Source of the DNA: Neophaeotheca triangularis
Taxonomy: Eukaryota
DNA: 64,000 nucleotides
Direction: 5' to 3'
NCBI GenBank assembly: GCA_054600435.1
Contig: BAAIJX010000066.1
Span: forward strand, 1 to 64,000
This document shows, one piece after another, positions 61,856 through 64,000 of the stretch. The notes beneath the pieces were generated by a model. That model was not told the DNA's origin. It did no database searches and saw only the letters and a list, made by a program, of their open reading frames with translations. The number at the start of each line of letters is the position of its first letter. Position 1 is the first letter of the stretch. Position numbers and translations under genes: made by a program.

Positions 61856-63586
61856 ATGCAGTCTGGTCCACACTGGCTGGACCAGTATGCCAGCGATTGC
61901 TTTGAGTGGCAAAAACATGAGAATGGCCCGAGAACTTCCTTCTCACGCCCTCTAGGCTTGGTCGAGCACTTCTTTGATACCGACGGCCGCTACTACGAGG
62001 GACGGGCGGATATCAACGCTCAGCTTGAAGTTGATATCTCCTCCAGGCTGACCAAGGAGCAACTAGAAGAGCGGATCTTACTGGCATGGACCATCCTTCG
62101 GTGCCAGAAACCAATACTGTTCGGAAAAGCGCTTCTAAATGAGGAGAGAGCACTGGGGAATCCAACAGCGACGTCCAACGTAAGGCTCGTGGTCGACCCT
62201 CCTGAGAGTGGCCGAGCGGCCGTAAGTCAAGCTTCTGAGAACGTGGTGTTTCTCGGTGACTACTATGACAAAATTGATGCGAACGATTTCTGGTATCATG
62301 CCCAAAACACTGCCAGAGTACTTGACCCTTCGAGAGCACTTTCAAAGCTTTTTGTGCTGCCATTTGCAGGTTTGGCCGCAGGTCGCGGAAGATTACGGTT
62401 CTTGATGGTCTTTGCGCACCAGATTGCGGATGGCTTGACGAATTATTCATGCATGCGCACATTCATAAGCCTCTTGAACATGCCATTGGACGAGCTGCGA
62501 CGTGGAGTCAACACTGCGAGTAAACTTGAGAGCATTCGCAAGCATCTGCCGCTACCGCAAGAGGCGCATTATCCTCGCATCTCCGGGAGCAAGGCGAAGC
62601 AACGTTGGTTTTGGGCCATCACGCGCATCCTGAGACATGTGCGCAAGCCTCTGCCCGCGGCCTTTCCTAATCCACTTCGAAGGAAAGAGCCTCGTGAGGT
62701 TGTGCCCCTTTCGCCCGTCTATGCCAAAGCGTTGGATTACAGTCGACCTCCTATGATCAACACTTTCGTCTGCCGGACCCACGTGCCGCCCAGCCATCTT
62801 CAACGTCTCCACAGTCTCTGCAAACAAGTCAATGCTACGGTCGGTGCCGGATGCTGGGCTCTTGTCGCCGTCGTGATGATGGAAATGTACGAGCGAAACG
62901 AGCCCGAGGTTCCCCTGGCCGAGCGTAAACCCTTCGTTAGCGGCTTTCCACTAAACCCTCGACCGTTCCTCGAGGGTCATATTGAGCTCGATAGCCTGAT
63001 GCTAGCGTTCTGCGATGGCATTGTCCTTCCCTTCCTCCCTTCTAACCTGGACTTCGACTCGAGGATCCGTCTCCTAGCTCGGCAGGCTCAGAGACAGCTA
63101 GCAGCGTATCAAAAGCGGGCCCGGCCCAAGGATGAGGAAGCCCAATTGGACTTTATGAGCAGTCGAGGCGCAGGGCGGGTTATTCCAAACCACTATCTTG
63201 GGTCCGTAGAGCGAGCAGACGCCATGCTGCCCTCGCATCTGCGCAAGGGAGTCGATTTGCAAGGGGAGTATCGCTTGCCAGTTTCGTATGGCCAAACCAA
63301 TGGCATCAGCTCTATCGGTCGCCGCGACGGTTTGATAAATAGTGGCATGTACAACCTCGAGGACTCGAGTAAGGATTTCGTTGCGGATTACAGGTCGCTT
63401 GATATGGCTGTCAGGGCTCGGGCTGGGGAATTCCTCGTTGGAATCAGTGGGGGCTCTGATGGTTTAGGATCTGGCGTCAGTGTGGATATAGGGGTGATGG
63501 ATCCGGTCTTGGTTGAAGAGTGGAAGAAGCGGATGGAGATTATTCTGGAGAGCGATCGGCAAGGTGTATCGAAGGCGAAACTGTAA
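61856..63586 (+). CDS. CoA-dependent acyltransferase/condensation-superfamily protein
   Basis: 576-aa ORF with RPLGLVEHFF N-terminal motif and HxxxDG (FAHQIADGL). Confidence 0.75.
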   Translation: MQSGPHWLDQYASDCFEWQKHENGPRTSFSRPLGLVEHFFDTDGRYYEGRADINAQLEVDISSRLTKEQLEERILLAWTILRCQKPILFGKALLNEERALGNPTATSNVRLVVDPPESGRAAVSQASENVVFLGDYYDKIDANDFWYHAQNTARVLDPSRALSKLFVLPFAGLAAGRGRLRFLMVFAHQIADGLTNYSCMRTFISLLNMPLDELRRGVNTASKLESIRKHLPLPQEAHYPRISGSKAKQRWFWAITRILRHVRKPLPAAFPNPLRRKEPREVVPLSPVYAKALDYSRPPMINTFVCRTHVPPSHLQRLHSLCKQVNATVGAGCWALVAVVMMEMYERNEPEVPLAERKPFVSGFPLNPRPFLEGHIELDSLMLAFCDGIVLPFLPSNLDFDSRIRLLARQAQRQLAAYQKRARPKDEEAQLDFMSSRGAGRVIPNHYLGSVERADAMLPSHLRKGVDLQGEYRLPVSYGQTNGISSIGRRDGLINSGMYNLEDSSKDFVADYRSLDMAVRARAGEFLVGISGGSDGLGSGVSVDIGVMDPVLVEEWKKRMEIILESDRQGVSKAKL

Positions 63587-64000
63587 CAGCCACTTGCGAG
63601 GTTGTCACAGGACAGGTACGCTCTTGAGCAGCAGAAGAAAAAGGGAGGGTAGTTTTGGTGGCTGGTACAAGGTGAGTGCAAGAGGCGGATGGACAGTATA
63701 CTGGAGAACGGTCAGCCAGGGGTACCTCATCGAAGGCGAAATGGAAACAGGAAGCTGTCCTAAAAGAGGTTCGCTTCTGAGTAGGACAAGGAAAGAGGAG
63801 GGAATTCAGGGCGACTGTCACAACGTGACAGTCTTGCAGGTCAAAGAAGGAGCTGCGAAAGGGAGCCTAAGTTGTTGAAACGAGCCTGAGGTCGCCGCCT
63901 ATCCCGCCACCTCACTACACCGGCGACGTCATCGACAAACACCGCCAGCACAAAGGCAAGTCCTCCCAGCGCGATCCCCTAGACCCCTAAACAATTGAGT

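Overview
Gene-dense window from a filamentous ascomycete. GT-AG introns of about 55 nt with CTRAC branch sites and Pezizomycotina-type genes support this; a Dothideomycete origin is plausible but unproven. About 20 protein-coding genes are present. Core genes: the AspRS-DUF2156 fusion ErdS, SDH1, a YEA4-like UDP-sugar transporter, an Esc1-like bHLH, an NPP1-like phosphodiesterase, SLA1, ERG26, a HECT_2/IPA1-like gene, cutinase, SltA/ACE1, PalC, a catabolic-type acetolactate synthase and an HxxxD acyltransferase. Most notable: (1) a tandem CVNH lectin-HET cell-death domain fusion; (2) a complete 5S rRNA gene split by a 158-bp hairpin-containing insert, plus a second 5S 5' fragment ending at the same position; (3) an intact 520-bp hAT-type MITE with 11-bp TIRs and an 8-bp TSD; (4) an snR81-like H/ACA snoRNA inside an intron, with a pocket matching U2 snRNA; (5) two paralogous secreted proteins 39 kb apart that share a His/Cys-rich C-terminal domain and upstream non-coding sequence; (6) a 2.3-kb ORF-poor region next to SDH1 that may be a long ncRNA (weak telomerase RNA candidate). 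All calls come from reading the sequence; no searches were run.
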